Shown here one piece after another: positions 46,481 to 56,282 of a DNA stretch of 64,000 nucleotides. The stretch is from an uncultured Fibrobacterota bacterium (lineage in GTDB: Bacteria > Fibrobacterota > Chitinivibrionia > Chitinivibrionales > CAYFVL01). The DNA lies in assembly GCA_964419255.1 (NCBI GenBank), contig CAYQOU010000006.1, positions 1,167 to 65,166 on the forward strand, given 5' to 3'. Position 1 is the first letter of the stretch. Every line of letters starts with the position of its first letter. Made by a program: the position numbers and the translations under genes. Below the pieces are notes generated by a model that was not told the origin of the DNA, did not search any database, and saw only the letters and a list, made by a program, of their open reading frames with translations.

Positions 46481-47677
46481 ATGAGGTATGTGGTATATAT
46501 ATACGTTTCACTGCTCTTGCTGTTAACGGGATGTAACAACAGGCTTCCGGAGAATGCTGCGGCGCTGTTTGGCACCTGGTTTATACATCCAACTTTTCAA
46601 AACCGTACTGCGGTTGAGGAGCTTGCGTTGTCAGCCGAGGGGGTCGACTCACTGGTGCAGGTGATTCGTTCCCGTACTCTTCTCTCAGGCCCGGCAACCG
46701 TGCAGCTTCGAGATGAAAACCACACCCGGTATACGGTCGGCTACGATACACCGGATTCCTTCTCCTTCGATTCGACATATCCGCTGATCATCTATCTGCA
46801 TGGTGGTGTGGGTACCCTGAAAAACACCAAGGGAGAAAAAGCCTACCTGATGTTTTCGGATTTGCAAGACAGCATGCCGCTTTTTCTGGCCAGCCCCTCG
46901 GCCAACCGGCAGGCTCCTTGGTGGAGCGAGGCGGGGCTCAACCGCATTCTTCAGACCCTGCGTTTTATGTCGCTTCACTTCCCTGTCGATCCGCAAAAAG
47001 TTTTTCTGGCGGGGGTATCGGATGGAGCCACCGGATGTTATGCTGCCGCAAACACTATTGCGGCCCCGTTCGCCGGTTTTTTTTCAATCTCGGGCTTCGG
47101 TGGAATGCTTCCCCGCCTGGGCATGGAGCTATATCCAGCCAACCTGATGCAACGCCCGATTTATGACATACATGCGGGGAAAGACCGATTATACCCGATA
47201 GAGATGGTAAATGGATTTTTAGATCAGCTGGAGAGAAACGGTGTGGCCATCAAACGGAAGGTATATCCGGAAGAACAGCACGGCTTTGATTATCGATCAG
47301 AAGAGTACGATACACTGACAGCACTGATCAGACGATGGTCGAAACCGCAAAGAGCCTCGGTGAAATGGCATTTTCTTCCCGGCTATCCTGCCCGCCCTGA
47401 CAATCTGCTTTCCTGGCGGGTACAGCAAAACGGAAAAGCTTCATGCAGCGCGTTCTGGCGGAATGATTCGCTGCATATAAGTACCGACAATCTCAAGAGT
47501 GTTGGCGTGATTTCCCCGATAAGCGAGCGCAGAAAGATAACGGTCAAAACCGAGGATTTCTCCATGTCCATATCCCCCGCACATGAATCAAACCAGCTTC
47601 TAATGGATAAGATGCAGCACTTCTGCTTTCCGAACATCAACAGGAAAAACTGCTACAGAATAGAGCTGAATATTTGA
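46481..47677 (+). CDS. Lipoprotein, alpha/beta-hydrolase (esterase / prolyl-oligopeptidase-like) fold
   Basis: Lipobox in MRYVVYIYVSLLLLLTGCNN (ATG 46481; track start 46340). Also LIIYLHGG, a nucleophile elbow VFLAGVSDGATG, and a late HGFD. Confidence 0.55.
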   Translation: MRYVVYIYVSLLLLLTGCNNRLPENAAALFGTWFIHPTFQNRTAVEELALSAEGVDSLVQVIRSRTLLSGPATVQLRDENHTRYTVGYDTPDSFSFDSTYPLIIYLHGGVGTLKNTKGEKAYLMFSDLQDSMPLFLASPSANRQAPWWSEAGLNRILQTLRFMSLHFPVDPQKVFLAGVSDGATGCYAAANTIAAPFAGFFSISGFGGMLPRLGMELYPANLMQRPIYDIHAGKDRLYPIEMVNGFLDQLERNGVAIKRKVYPEEQHGFDYRSEEYDTLTALIRRWSKPQRASVKWHFLPGYPARPDNLLSWRVQQNGKASCSAFWRNDSLHISTDNLKSVGVISPISERRKITVKTEDFSMSISPAHESNQLLMDKMQHFCFPNINRKNCYRIELNI

Positions 47678-47691
47678 ACAGGGAGTGAGTG

Positions 47692-48030
47692 ATGTTAAAA
47701 CGGGCAATGATGATTTTGGCGGAAGGCTTCGAGTAAATGGAAGCTGTTACTGTTGCGGAAATGCTCAGGAGTGAAGACATAGAGACAACGATTGCCGGCC
47801 TGACCGACACTGCTGCTACAGGATCTCACAATATAACAGTGATTGCTGATACCACTCTGGACAGCTATTTAGGCAGCTTTGATGTGATCGTTCTGCCCGG
47901 CGGCATGCCCGGCACTACCAGTAGAGGTGTTGGTACGGCTATTGCTTTTAGCCGGCGGATCATCAGGTACCTCAAAGATGAGCGGACGGCGGAACAGCTA
48001 TCCCAATCGATTTTGTACCACCCACGGTGA
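47692..48030 (+). pseudogene. Decayed DJ-1/PfpI (ThiJ)-family gene: in-frame stop plus an internal deletion
   Basis: My own translation: MLKRAMMILAEGFE*MEAVTVAEMLRSEDIE...FDVIVLPGGMPGTT|SRGVGTAIAFSRRIIRYL. The TAA sits where the family has GFEE-xEA. About 90 residues, including the nucleophile-elbow Cys, are missing between LPGG and GxGTAI. Confidence 0.75.
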
Positions 48031-48245
48031 ACGGTTCAAGGCCGATGAGTCACGCAATTTCCTGAGGGCAGATGGAATAAGGTAATCGCGTGGAAACCCT
48101 CTCAAGGCTTTCCAGGATTACTCATGCTCTTGTACCCTCATAAAAGGTTCGTGCGAATCACAGCCAGAAGAGTTAGTCAATGTGGGCATCAGAGAATGAT
48201 ACTTTCAGATGCGTTTAGCACCCGGCAGAGAGGGAGCGGCAAAGA

Positions 48246-49244
48246 ATGAGCGAAAGCGTGCATCTTTACTATCATGGTTTAAACATCTACCCCCCATCGG
48301 AAGACGAAGAGTGTTGGAAATTTTGTGAAGGTTTGGAAGCAAGCGGCTTTTACAGCAATACGATTCTCAAATGGCTGAAAGTGGACCTGAATAATCCATC
48401 ATCTATCAACTGTATTAACAATTCCGACAGTCTGGGAGTCATTTTCCTTTCGGCAAACAATCTGAACACACCCAACAGAGTGCTGCAGATAAAACGACCC
48501 CTCGTCTTTACCGATTTTTCGCTTTCGTTTAACAGGAGCGTTATAGCGTCTCACCCGGATGCATATCTGCTGACGAAAAACGAAGAGGTTGCGGCAGGAA
48601 TGGTTGCCCGCCATCTGGTAGCCAACGGGCATAAGCGAATCTTTTTTCTTAAATCGGTCGAGAATCTCCCCTGGGAAGTTGATCGTCTGAATCTGTTTTC
48701 AAGCACGATTAAACATTTTGATCCTCATATCAGGATTATCAGCGCCGAGCACGATCCGATCACCGAAAAAAGTTATCGTTTGAAGATGAGATTTTTATAT
48801 AAAAAAATCGATCACATCGATGTAAAAAGCCTCACCTATAAGCTGGGATACAAACCTTCCGAAACAATATCCCCCGCCAGACTGGGCAAAATCATCTCCA
48901 GAACTCGTTTTAATCAGATGAGAATAGCCGAAACTGCCCTGTTTAAGCAGATTCCACGCTTTGGATGTACAGCTGTTGTGGGAAGCAATGATAAGACCGC
49001 TGTGAGATATATGTATTTTTGCCAAGAAAACGGAATCCGGATACCCGAGGATATTTCTTTGGTGGGATTCGATAATAACACTACAGGCGATCACAGGCTT
49101 ACTTCGGTTGATTTCGGCTATCACTCCGGTGGAACAGTGGCCGCCAACATAATCACCCAACCCGAGATACGTCATCACCAAAAATCTTCGATAATAGAAC
49201 TGCCCTGCCGGCTGATCGACCGTAATACGGTCGGCAGTATTTAA
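48246..49244 (+). CDS. LacI/GalR-type periplasmic-binding-fold (ligand-binding) domain protein without a recognisable HTH
   Basis: The C-terminal two-thirds resemble LacI-family cores (VARHLVANGHKRIFFL, VVGSNDKTAVRYMYFCQENGIRIPEDISLVGFDN). The N-terminal 60 aa show no HTH pattern. Confidence 0.5.
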   Translation: MSESVHLYYHGLNIYPPSEDEECWKFCEGLEASGFYSNTILKWLKVDLNNPSSINCINNSDSLGVIFLSANNLNTPNRVLQIKRPLVFTDFSLSFNRSVIASHPDAYLLTKNEEVAAGMVARHLVANGHKRIFFLKSVENLPWEVDRLNLFSSTIKHFDPHIRIISAEHDPITEKSYRLKMRFLYKKIDHIDVKSLTYKLGYKPSETISPARLGKIISRTRFNQMRIAETALFKQIPRFGCTAVVGSNDKTAVRYMYFCQENGIRIPEDISLVGFDNNTTGDHRLTSVDFGYHSGGTVAANIITQPEIRHHQKSSIIELPCRLIDRNTVGSI

Positions 49245-49334
49245 ATGCTTTATTTGGTAAATACTTTAATGCCATCCGTGCCTTTTTTTATTTTGCTATC
49301 CCTATACTTTCCTCCGACCAGATGAGGCCCATAG

Positions 49335-50447
49335 ATGAGTGAACAATCATCCAAAAAGACCGTCCTTTATGATAAGCACCTCCAGCTTGGCGCCAAAATG
49401 GCTCCTTTCGGCGGCTTTGAGATGCCGATTCAGTATGAAAGCATCTTAAAAGAGCATCACTGGACCCGAAAGGAGGCAACGTTATTTGATACCTGTCATA
49501 TGGGTGAGTTTCGTGTATTCGGGCAAAATGCTGTCGAAGATCTGGAAAACCTTCTCAGCTGCCCTGTTGGCACCATGCAGATCGGGCAATGCCGGTATGG
49601 GTTTCTGTGTAACGAGTCAGGAGGAGTTATCGATGATCAGATAATCTACCGGATGGGAGAAGATGAGTTTTTCATGGTGGTTAATGCAGGCACTCAGTTC
49701 ACCGATTTCGACTGGATCAACTTACACCTTTCCACCAATACCCGCATCGAGAACCTCTCCCCGCAGACGGCAAAACTGGATGTGCAGGGGCCAATGTCGG
49801 CCCGACTTGTTGAGCGGGTGATGACGGAGTCGATTCGGGATATGCGATATTTTCGATTCATGCATAATTACTATAAGCAAGAGCGTATAATTATCAGCAG
49901 AACAGGATACACCGGAGAGATCGGTTTCGAAATATACCTTCCAAGCGAGCTTGCGCAGTCGCTGTGGGATGATCTGACCGATCTCGGAGCGCATCCAGCA
50001 GGGTTAGGTGCACGCGATACCCTTCGTCTGGAGATGGGCATGCCTCTGTATGGCCATGAACTGGATGAGAGCACCAACCCGGCCCAAACCGGCTTTTCCC
50101 ATGCAATCGCATCGGATAAGAAGTTTATCGGCTCAGACATTGTCTGTTCCCCGGAAAATGCTCCACGGCGGCTGATCGGGTTGAAACTGGAGGGAAAGAG
50201 AGCCGCAAGAGCCTCGGACTGCATCGTATCTGAGACAGGAAGACAGATTGGCACCGTGACAAGCGGAAGTTTTGGTCCTTCGGTGGGAACCGCTATCGCA
50301 TTAGGCTATATTGACAAGGAATATGGCACACCGGAGTCCTCAGTGAAAATCAGGACCGGACGACGAGAGCTTGACGCAGTAGTTACAGAACTTCCTCTGT
50401 ACAGACAGGCGACAGGAAAGAAAAAGCTTACGGAATTTGTCGATTAA
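49335..50447 (+). CDS. gcvT: Glycine cleavage system T protein (aminomethyltransferase)
   Basis: KKTVLYDKHLQLGAKMAPFGGFEMPIQY, FDTCHMGEF, SRTGYTGEIGFEI, and ARDTLRLEMGMPLYGHEL. Confidence 0.93.
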   Translation: MSEQSSKKTVLYDKHLQLGAKMAPFGGFEMPIQYESILKEHHWTRKEATLFDTCHMGEFRVFGQNAVEDLENLLSCPVGTMQIGQCRYGFLCNESGGVIDDQIIYRMGEDEFFMVVNAGTQFTDFDWINLHLSTNTRIENLSPQTAKLDVQGPMSARLVERVMTESIRDMRYFRFMHNYYKQERIIISRTGYTGEIGFEIYLPSELAQSLWDDLTDLGAHPAGLGARDTLRLEMGMPLYGHELDESTNPAQTGFSHAIASDKKFIGSDIVCSPENAPRRLIGLKLEGKRAARASDCIVSETGRQIGTVTSGSFGPSVGTAIALGYIDKEYGTPESSVKIRTGRRELDAVVTELPLYRQATGKKKLTEFVD

Positions 50448-50508
50448 TGTGGTTTTTTTTATCCAAAACAACATATACGAAAAACCTTTTTGAAGGGAGA
50501 ATTAGCCG

Positions 50509-50892
50509 ATGATACCCGAAGAGTTACTGTATACCGAAACACATGAATGGGTCAAACTGCAGGGTGATACAGCAGTGATTGGCATCAGCGATCACGCGCA
50601 GGATTCCCTGGGAGATATCACCTTTGTTGAACTCCCTCAGGTGGGCTCTCAGCTGGAAAAAGGTAAAGAATGCGGAGTCATCGAATCGGTGAAAGCCGCC
50701 AGTGACATTTACTCACCTGTTAGAGGAGAAGTAAGCGAAATAAACGAAGATCTGGAGAGCGAACCGGAAAAAATTAACAGTTCCCCCTACCAGGAGGGGT
50801 GGTTGTATAAGGTGAAGAATATCGATACCGCATCACTCGATTCTCTCATGGATGCAGATGCCTACAAGCAGTTTTTGGAGAAAAATGCATGA
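50509..50892 (+). CDS. gcvH: Glycine cleavage system H protein
   Basis: YTETHEWVK...ITFVELPQVG...GVIESVKAASDIYSP (lipoyl-lysine motif). Confidence 0.93.
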   Translation: MIPEELLYTETHEWVKLQGDTAVIGISDHAQDSLGDITFVELPQVGSQLEKGKECGVIESVKAASDIYSPVRGEVSEINEDLESEPEKINSSPYQEGWLYKVKNIDTASLDSLMDADAYKQFLEKNA

Positions 50893-52226
50893 GCTATATA
50901 GCAAATACTGCAGAGCAGCAAGAAGAGATGCTTCGGGTATGCGGAGTCGAAAAGATCGAGGATCTGTTCAACGACATTCCTCAACGACTGCGCCCCCGAT
51001 CCTTTGCACTGCCACAGGGTAAATCTGAATTTGAGGTTACAAACATTTTATCCGATCTTGCATCTCACAACTACTCTCACCTCACCAGTTTTATCGGCGC
51101 CGGCTTCTACGACCATTACATTCCGGCCGCCGTGGATGCGTTGTCTTCCCGCAGCGAGTTCTACACGGCCTATACGCCTTATCAGCCTGAGCTTTCTCAG
51201 GGGACCCTGCAGGCGATTTACGAATACCAGTCCAACATATGCAGATTGACCGGCATGGAGGTATCCAATGCGTCCGTATATGACGGTGGTACTGCGCTGT
51301 ATGAAGCGTGTCAGATGGCTATAAACGCTACCGGACGTAACCGAATCGTTATCGATGGCGGTGTCAATCCTATTTACCGCAAGATGCTCTATTCCTATAC
51401 CGGCAATCTGTCGATAGAGTTTTGTGAGGTTCCGGTCTCCCACGGCCAGAGCGATCGCAATCACCTGTATGAGAAGATAAACGACAAAACGGCTGCGGTC
51501 GTGTTGCAGAATCCCAATTTCTTCGGAGTTATCGATGATCACGCCGATATCGCCGAGAAATGCAAGAGTCTGGGTATTCTGAGCATTCAATCGGTCTATC
51601 CGATAGCTATGTCTCTGCTGAAAACCCCCGGTGAGATGGGTATCGATATCGCAACCGGGGAAGGACAATCTTTGGGAATACCGCTTTCTTTCGGTGGTCC
51701 CTATCTGGGATTTATGGCGACAACCAAAAAGCTTGTCCGTAAGATGCCGGGACGAATCGTCGGGCGTACGGTTGACACAAACGGCAGGGAAGGCTTCGTG
51801 CTAACGCTTCAGGCGCGCGAGCAGCATATACGACGCGAGAAGGCCACTTCCAACATCTGTACCAACCAGGCACTGTGTGCCCTTCGTGCTCATATCTACC
51901 TCAGTCTGTTGGGGCCGAGCGGACTCCAGGATGTGGCGGGGCTTTGTCTTGAGAAGGCACACTATGCCAAGATGCGTATGAAGGCGATTCCCGGCATTGA
52001 AGTGATGCAATCCTCTCCTACTTTCAACGAATTTACCGTACGGCTCCGATGCGATGCGGGAGAAATAGCCGGTAAAATGATAGAGCGGGGCTTTGCAGCC
52101 GGCTTTCCTCTGGGGCGCTATTACCCTGGAATGGAGAATTACCTGCTTATTGCAGTCACCGAAAAACGATCTAAATTTGAAATCGGCCAGTTGGCTGAAG
52201 CGCTGGAGGCGGCTTTATGTCAGTGA
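50889..52226 (+). CDS. gcvPA: Glycine dehydrogenase (decarboxylating) subunit 1
   Basis: 445 aa: FIGAGFYDHYIPAAV, YTPYQPELSQGTLQAIYEYQ, and ATSNICTNQAL. ATGA-type overlap with gcvH. Confidence 0.92.
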   Translation: MSYIANTAEQQEEMLRVCGVEKIEDLFNDIPQRLRPRSFALPQGKSEFEVTNILSDLASHNYSHLTSFIGAGFYDHYIPAAVDALSSRSEFYTAYTPYQPELSQGTLQAIYEYQSNICRLTGMEVSNASVYDGGTALYEACQMAINATGRNRIVIDGGVNPIYRKMLYSYTGNLSIEFCEVPVSHGQSDRNHLYEKINDKTAAVVLQNPNFFGVIDDHADIAEKCKSLGILSIQSVYPIAMSLLKTPGEMGIDIATGEGQSLGIPLSFGGPYLGFMATTKKLVRKMPGRIVGRTVDTNGREGFVLTLQAREQHIRREKATSNICTNQALCALRAHIYLSLLGPSGLQDVAGLCLEKAHYAKMRMKAIPGIEVMQSSPTFNEFTVRLRCDAGEIAGKMIERGFAAGFPLGRYYPGMENYLLIAVTEKRSKFEIGQLAEALEAALCQ

Positions 52227-53665
52227 TATTCGACAAATCGGTTTCAGGAAGGCGCGGAGTTGCCCTTCCTGCCTGTGATGTCCCAAAATCAGCGTCGATT
52301 CCCGATGCCTATATACGAAGAAAGCCCCTTCAAATCAGTGAGCTGTCGGAGCTGGACGTGGTTCGCCATTTCACCGAGTTGTCCAGAAGAAACTATGGGG
52401 TAGATACAAACCTCTACCCGCTGGGCTCCTGTACGATGAAATACAATCCCAAGTTCACCGAGCATATTGCGGGCCTGAAAGGGTTTTCATCTCTGCACCC
52501 TCTGCTTCCCCAACTTCGCAGAGGCGGGATGCTCACTCAGGGAGCGCTGGCGGTCCTCTATGAACTCGAGCAACTGTTGTGCGAAATTTGCGGCATGGAG
52601 GCCTTTACGCTTCAACCCATGGCGGGGGCACATGGTGAGCTGACAGGCATGATGCTTATTGCGGCGTATCACAAAGATAAAGGTAACAGGAAAACGGAAG
52701 TTTTAATTCCGGATGAGGCTCATGGGACCAACCCATCCAGCGCGGCTATAGCAGGCTATAAGGTTCGGGCTGTACCCACGGCACGAGATTCCGGAGCACT
52801 GGACATTTCCACTCTCGAGGAGATGGTCAGTGACCAGACTGCCGCTATTATGCTTACCAATCCCAACACTCTGGGTATCTTTAACAACCAGATAGACAGG
52901 ATCGCCCAAATTGCGCATAAGCATGATGCTCTTCTCTACTATGACGGAGCTAACCTGAATGCAATTATGGGTAAGTTTCGCCCCGGTGATGCACAGTTTG
53001 ATGTCATGCATGTAAACCTGCACAAAACATTTGCGACGCCCCACGGCGGCGGTGGCCCCGGAGCCGGTCCGGTTGGAGTCAGCAGGAAGCTGGTCGACTA
53101 TCTGCCGATCTCACGGATATGCAAACGAGAGGACGGAACCTACGCCCTTAACTACGATTATCCGAAGTCCATCGGCTATATAGCTCCTTTCTACGGAAAT
53201 TTTGCCGTCTGTCTGAAGGCGTATGCCTATATTCTGGCACTCGGGGCTCGAGGACTGACAGAGGTTTCCGAGAATGCCGTTCTCAATGCCAACTATCTAA
53301 TGCATTCGCTTAAAGATCATTACGAAATACCGTTTTTGCGCACCTGCATGCACGAGTTTGTGATGACGAGTAAGCGACAGCTGGAAAGGGGCATTCACGC
53401 TATCGACATTGCAAAGGGGTTGGCGGATAAGGGGTTTCATCCCCCTACAGTCTATTTTCCGCTGATCGTAAAGGAAGCTTTAATGGTTGAGCCGACGGAG
53501 ACGGAAAGTAAAGAAACCCTGGATCAGTTTGTGAACGCGATGAAGGATATTGCGCACAAAGTAGATACAGAGCCGGATCGGCTTCGCTCGGCTCCACAGA
53601 CCACCTTTGTATCGCGTCTGGACGAAACAAAGGCCGTAAAAGACATGGATTTTGCTTCCATATGA
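52217..53665 (+). CDS. gcvPB: Glycine dehydrogenase (decarboxylating) subunit 2
   Basis: 482 aa: YPLGSCTMKYNP, and PLP lysine in HVNLHKTFATPHGGGGPG. Overlaps gcvPA by 10 nt. Confidence 0.92.
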   Translation: MSVIFDKSVSGRRGVALPACDVPKSASIPDAYIRRKPLQISELSELDVVRHFTELSRRNYGVDTNLYPLGSCTMKYNPKFTEHIAGLKGFSSLHPLLPQLRRGGMLTQGALAVLYELEQLLCEICGMEAFTLQPMAGAHGELTGMMLIAAYHKDKGNRKTEVLIPDEAHGTNPSSAAIAGYKVRAVPTARDSGALDISTLEEMVSDQTAAIMLTNPNTLGIFNNQIDRIAQIAHKHDALLYYDGANLNAIMGKFRPGDAQFDVMHVNLHKTFATPHGGGGPGAGPVGVSRKLVDYLPISRICKREDGTYALNYDYPKSIGYIAPFYGNFAVCLKAYAYILALGARGLTEVSENAVLNANYLMHSLKDHYEIPFLRTCMHEFVMTSKRQLERGIHAIDIAKGLADKGFHPPTVYFPLIVKEALMVEPTETESKETLDQFVNAMKDIAHKVDTEPDRLRSAPQTTFVSRLDETKAVKDMDFASI

Positions 53666-53787
53666 AAAAGCGCCGAAAAGTAAAAAAAACATGGCGTAAT
53701 GTTGATTTTTTTCCAGCATTTATTTATTATTATAGTAGTGAAAAACCGCCAATCACGATACGATATCAAGGATAAAGGAGACAAATT

Positions 53788-54225
53788 ATGCGCTTAACCA
53801 CACTAGCTTTGCTATTTGTAGTGGCTTCTTCAAGCCTAATTGCCGCTGCACCAAAGTTTGTACAACCAACCAAGGGTAATGTTGGTATCTACGAGAAGCA
53901 GACTCGTGGCACCTACGATGAGGCGATCATGACAGTCGGTGTCGAAGAACGTTTACGGGTGATGGAATCCGGAAGAAATCATTATAAGGTCAAAACGGAT
54001 AACGGTACAGTAGGTTGGGTGGAAAAACGTCTGGTTGCAGCCTCTTCCGGTAAGGAATTTATGTTCGATGATGCGGAAGTTATCGGTTATCTGGATAATC
54101 CGACCCCGGTGTACATTATCGATGCCGACTCAAAGGACGCCACTCCGATCAAACTCGACCGTTCATTTGCAGATGCTCTGCGCAACAATGTCGATCGGGA
54201 AACTGTGGAGCGTCAAACGAAATAA
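53788..54225 (+). CDS. Secreted bacterial SH3-domain protein
   Basis: Signal peptide MRLTTLALLFVVASSSLIAAAP, then SH3_3-like LRVMESGRNHYKVKTDNGTVGWVEKRLV. Confidence 0.6.
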   Translation: MRLTTLALLFVVASSSLIAAAPKFVQPTKGNVGIYEKQTRGTYDEAIMTVGVEERLRVMESGRNHYKVKTDNGTVGWVEKRLVAASSGKEFMFDDAEVIGYLDNPTPVYIIDADSKDATPIKLDRSFADALRNNVDRETVERQTK

Positions 54226-54261
54226 CACCTCCTTTGTGAAAGTGTGTATGTGATGGGGAAA

Positions 54262-54296
54262 AGAGGGATGATAATCTTATCATCCCTCTTTTTTTG
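54262..54296 (+). terminator. Rho-independent terminator (possibly bidirectional, between convergent genes)
   Basis: AGAGGGATGATA-atct-TATCATCCCTCT is a perfect 12-bp stem followed by T7. Confidence 0.85.
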
Positions 54297-54488
54297 CGCC
54301 ATCATACATTCCCTTGGTCGGCAGAGCTGGAGAATCAAGGAACAAACTCACCCCTGTCTTTTTATTTATCAGCTTTGCCGGATTCGTCAGGAGGGGAAGT
54401 AGAGCAGTTTGCTTTACATTAAAGGAGTGATGGTCGTAAGAGATAGGGTTTAATAGTTGTTACTAATTCAGCCGCATTGTTAAGACAA

Positions 54489-56183
54489 TCACAGAAAGCT
54501 ACCTTCCTCCTTCTTCTTCATCAGAATTCGCCATATCTTCTCCACCAGTTCCCTGCCGCTAAACGGCTTTACAATGAAATCGTCTGCGCCACTGGCAAAG
54601 CAGCGTTGCATTTCGTCATTCTGAGTGCCGGCGGAGAAAAAAGCGACAGGAATATCTCTGGTCTCCTCTTGTGAACGCAGGATACGGCAGATGCGACTAC
54701 CATCCAGACCCGGCAAATACAGATCGAGCAAAATCATGGAGGGCTTCCGTTCGAAAGCCAAGGTTAACCCGTGTTCTCCACTTTCGGCAACGATGATGTC
54801 AAATGCATTTTCAAGCACCATCCTTGCGATTTCAATCGCCTCACGATCATCGTCAATAAGCAGAATGAGAGGCTTTTGATTGACTGCGGCCTCTTCCTTC
54901 CCCTCAATGTCTTCTTCACGGTTGGATTGTGCGGTTGCAATGGTAATCACTTTGGTATCATCATCATCCCAGGGAATCCTCGCTTCAACAGGTAACACAA
55001 TGTGAAATTCACTTCCCGGGTATTCCCCTTCCTTGGTTCCCTTACTTTCCGCCCATATACGTCCGCCATGACGTTCAATGATTCCCTTTACGATAGAGAG
55101 CCCCAGGCCCGTTCCTCCTCCCAGAAACTTGCTGAAATCGGTACTGTGGCGCGTGGCTTTCCCAATTTCATAAAAGGCATCGAAAATCTTGTCCTGCTCG
55201 CCCGGATCAATTCCGATCCCATAGTCTCTAACAGTTATGTGAAACTTATCGTTTTCTTTTTCAATTATGACGTCCACAGTAGAGTTGTCGGGAGAGTATT
55301 TGAGTGCGTTACTAAAAAGATTTGTAAACACCTGCTGTATTCGCATCTTATCACCATAAAACGGAGGAAGTCCCTCCTGGATTATGGGATTGAATGTTAT
55401 CTGACGTTGTGCGGAAAACTGGAGAAGATCTTCTATACAATCCTGAGCGGTCTGAGCCAAATCCATCTGCTCAGGATGAAGCCGCAATCGTTTCTGCTCG
55501 ATGCGGGTAACATCAAGCATGTTGTTAATCACCTTATGAAGACGGTCGGCAGCTCTGCTGATACTCTCGATCATCTTAAATACCCCGCCATCAAGCTTGT
55601 CCTGCATGTTTTCGATGATTATCTCAGAATATCCTTTTATGGATGTCAGAGGGGTTTTCAGCTCATGAGAGGCGATACTGAGGAAATTTGATTTCAGCTC
55701 GCTCACCCGTTTGAGTTCCAGATTCGAACGGATCAGCTCGCTGTTCATCTTTGCCATTTCAAGATTCTTCCGTTCAAGCTCAGCGGCTATGCGCTGCTGT
55801 TTGGTAATGTCACGGAATATGATTACAATCTCAGGTCTTTTGGCCTTTGCACGAGGGCTCTGTGAGTCGGTACCATTGCTATAGATGACAAAACAGTGCA
55901 GAGAACATAGCCGTTCGGTGTGATCGACACAGATGAAGTGTCCCTTGCCGACAAACAATTCACCTTTTTGAATAATCGAGACTACATCCTGCCACTCCTG
56001 TCCATCTTCCGTGCCAAGAAAGATATCGTAAATGGATTGCTTTAAAAGATTCTCGTTTCCATACCCCAGGCACTCCGCAGCATTCGCATTTGCATATTCA
56101 ATGCTGCCCGACAGGCTGGTTACAACAACCCCCTCAGGTATCAGTTCGATAATGTTCATTATAAGGTTATCATCAGGCCGCAT
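54489..56183 (-). CDS. PAS-domain hybrid histidine kinase / response regulator
   Basis: PAS: IPEGVVVTSLSGSIEYANANAAECLGY. H-box ASHELKTPLTSIKGY, then NLFSNALKYSP and GTGLGLSIVKG. REC: ILLIDDDREAIE...ILLDLYLPGLDG. Confidence 0.9.
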   Translation of the reverse strand: MRPDDNLIMNIIELIPEGVVVTSLSGSIEYANANAAECLGYGNENLLKQSIYDIFLGTEDGQEWQDVVSIIQKGELFVGKGHFICVDHTERLCSLHCFVIYSNGTDSQSPRAKAKRPEIVIIFRDITKQQRIAAELERKNLEMAKMNSELIRSNLELKRVSELKSNFLSIASHELKTPLTSIKGYSEIIIENMQDKLDGGVFKMIESISRAADRLHKVINNMLDVTRIEQKRLRLHPEQMDLAQTAQDCIEDLLQFSAQRQITFNPIIQEGLPPFYGDKMRIQQVFTNLFSNALKYSPDNSTVDVIIEKENDKFHITVRDYGIGIDPGEQDKIFDAFYEIGKATRHSTDFSKFLGGGTGLGLSIVKGIIERHGGRIWAESKGTKEGEYPGSEFHIVLPVEARIPWDDDDTKVITIATAQSNREEDIEGKEEAAVNQKPLILLIDDDREAIEIARMVLENAFDIIVAESGEHGLTLAFERKPSMILLDLYLPGLDGSRICRILRSQEETRDIPVAFFSAGTQNDEMQRCFASGADDFIVKPFSGRELVEKIWRILMKKKEEGSFL

Positions 56184-56282
56184 ATTCGAAAACTATTTAC
56201 TCCCTGCAAAAACGAGGATTCAGGCTAATTTCATGTACAATTTACATATAAAATACGGATATCAGGCCGACACATTCATTTA

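Noticed and set aside
49245-49334. A glycine riboswitch was expected upstream of gcvT.
   Set aside because: Only 90 nt are available, and no tandem aptamer-like GGAGAG...CACCG elements are visible.
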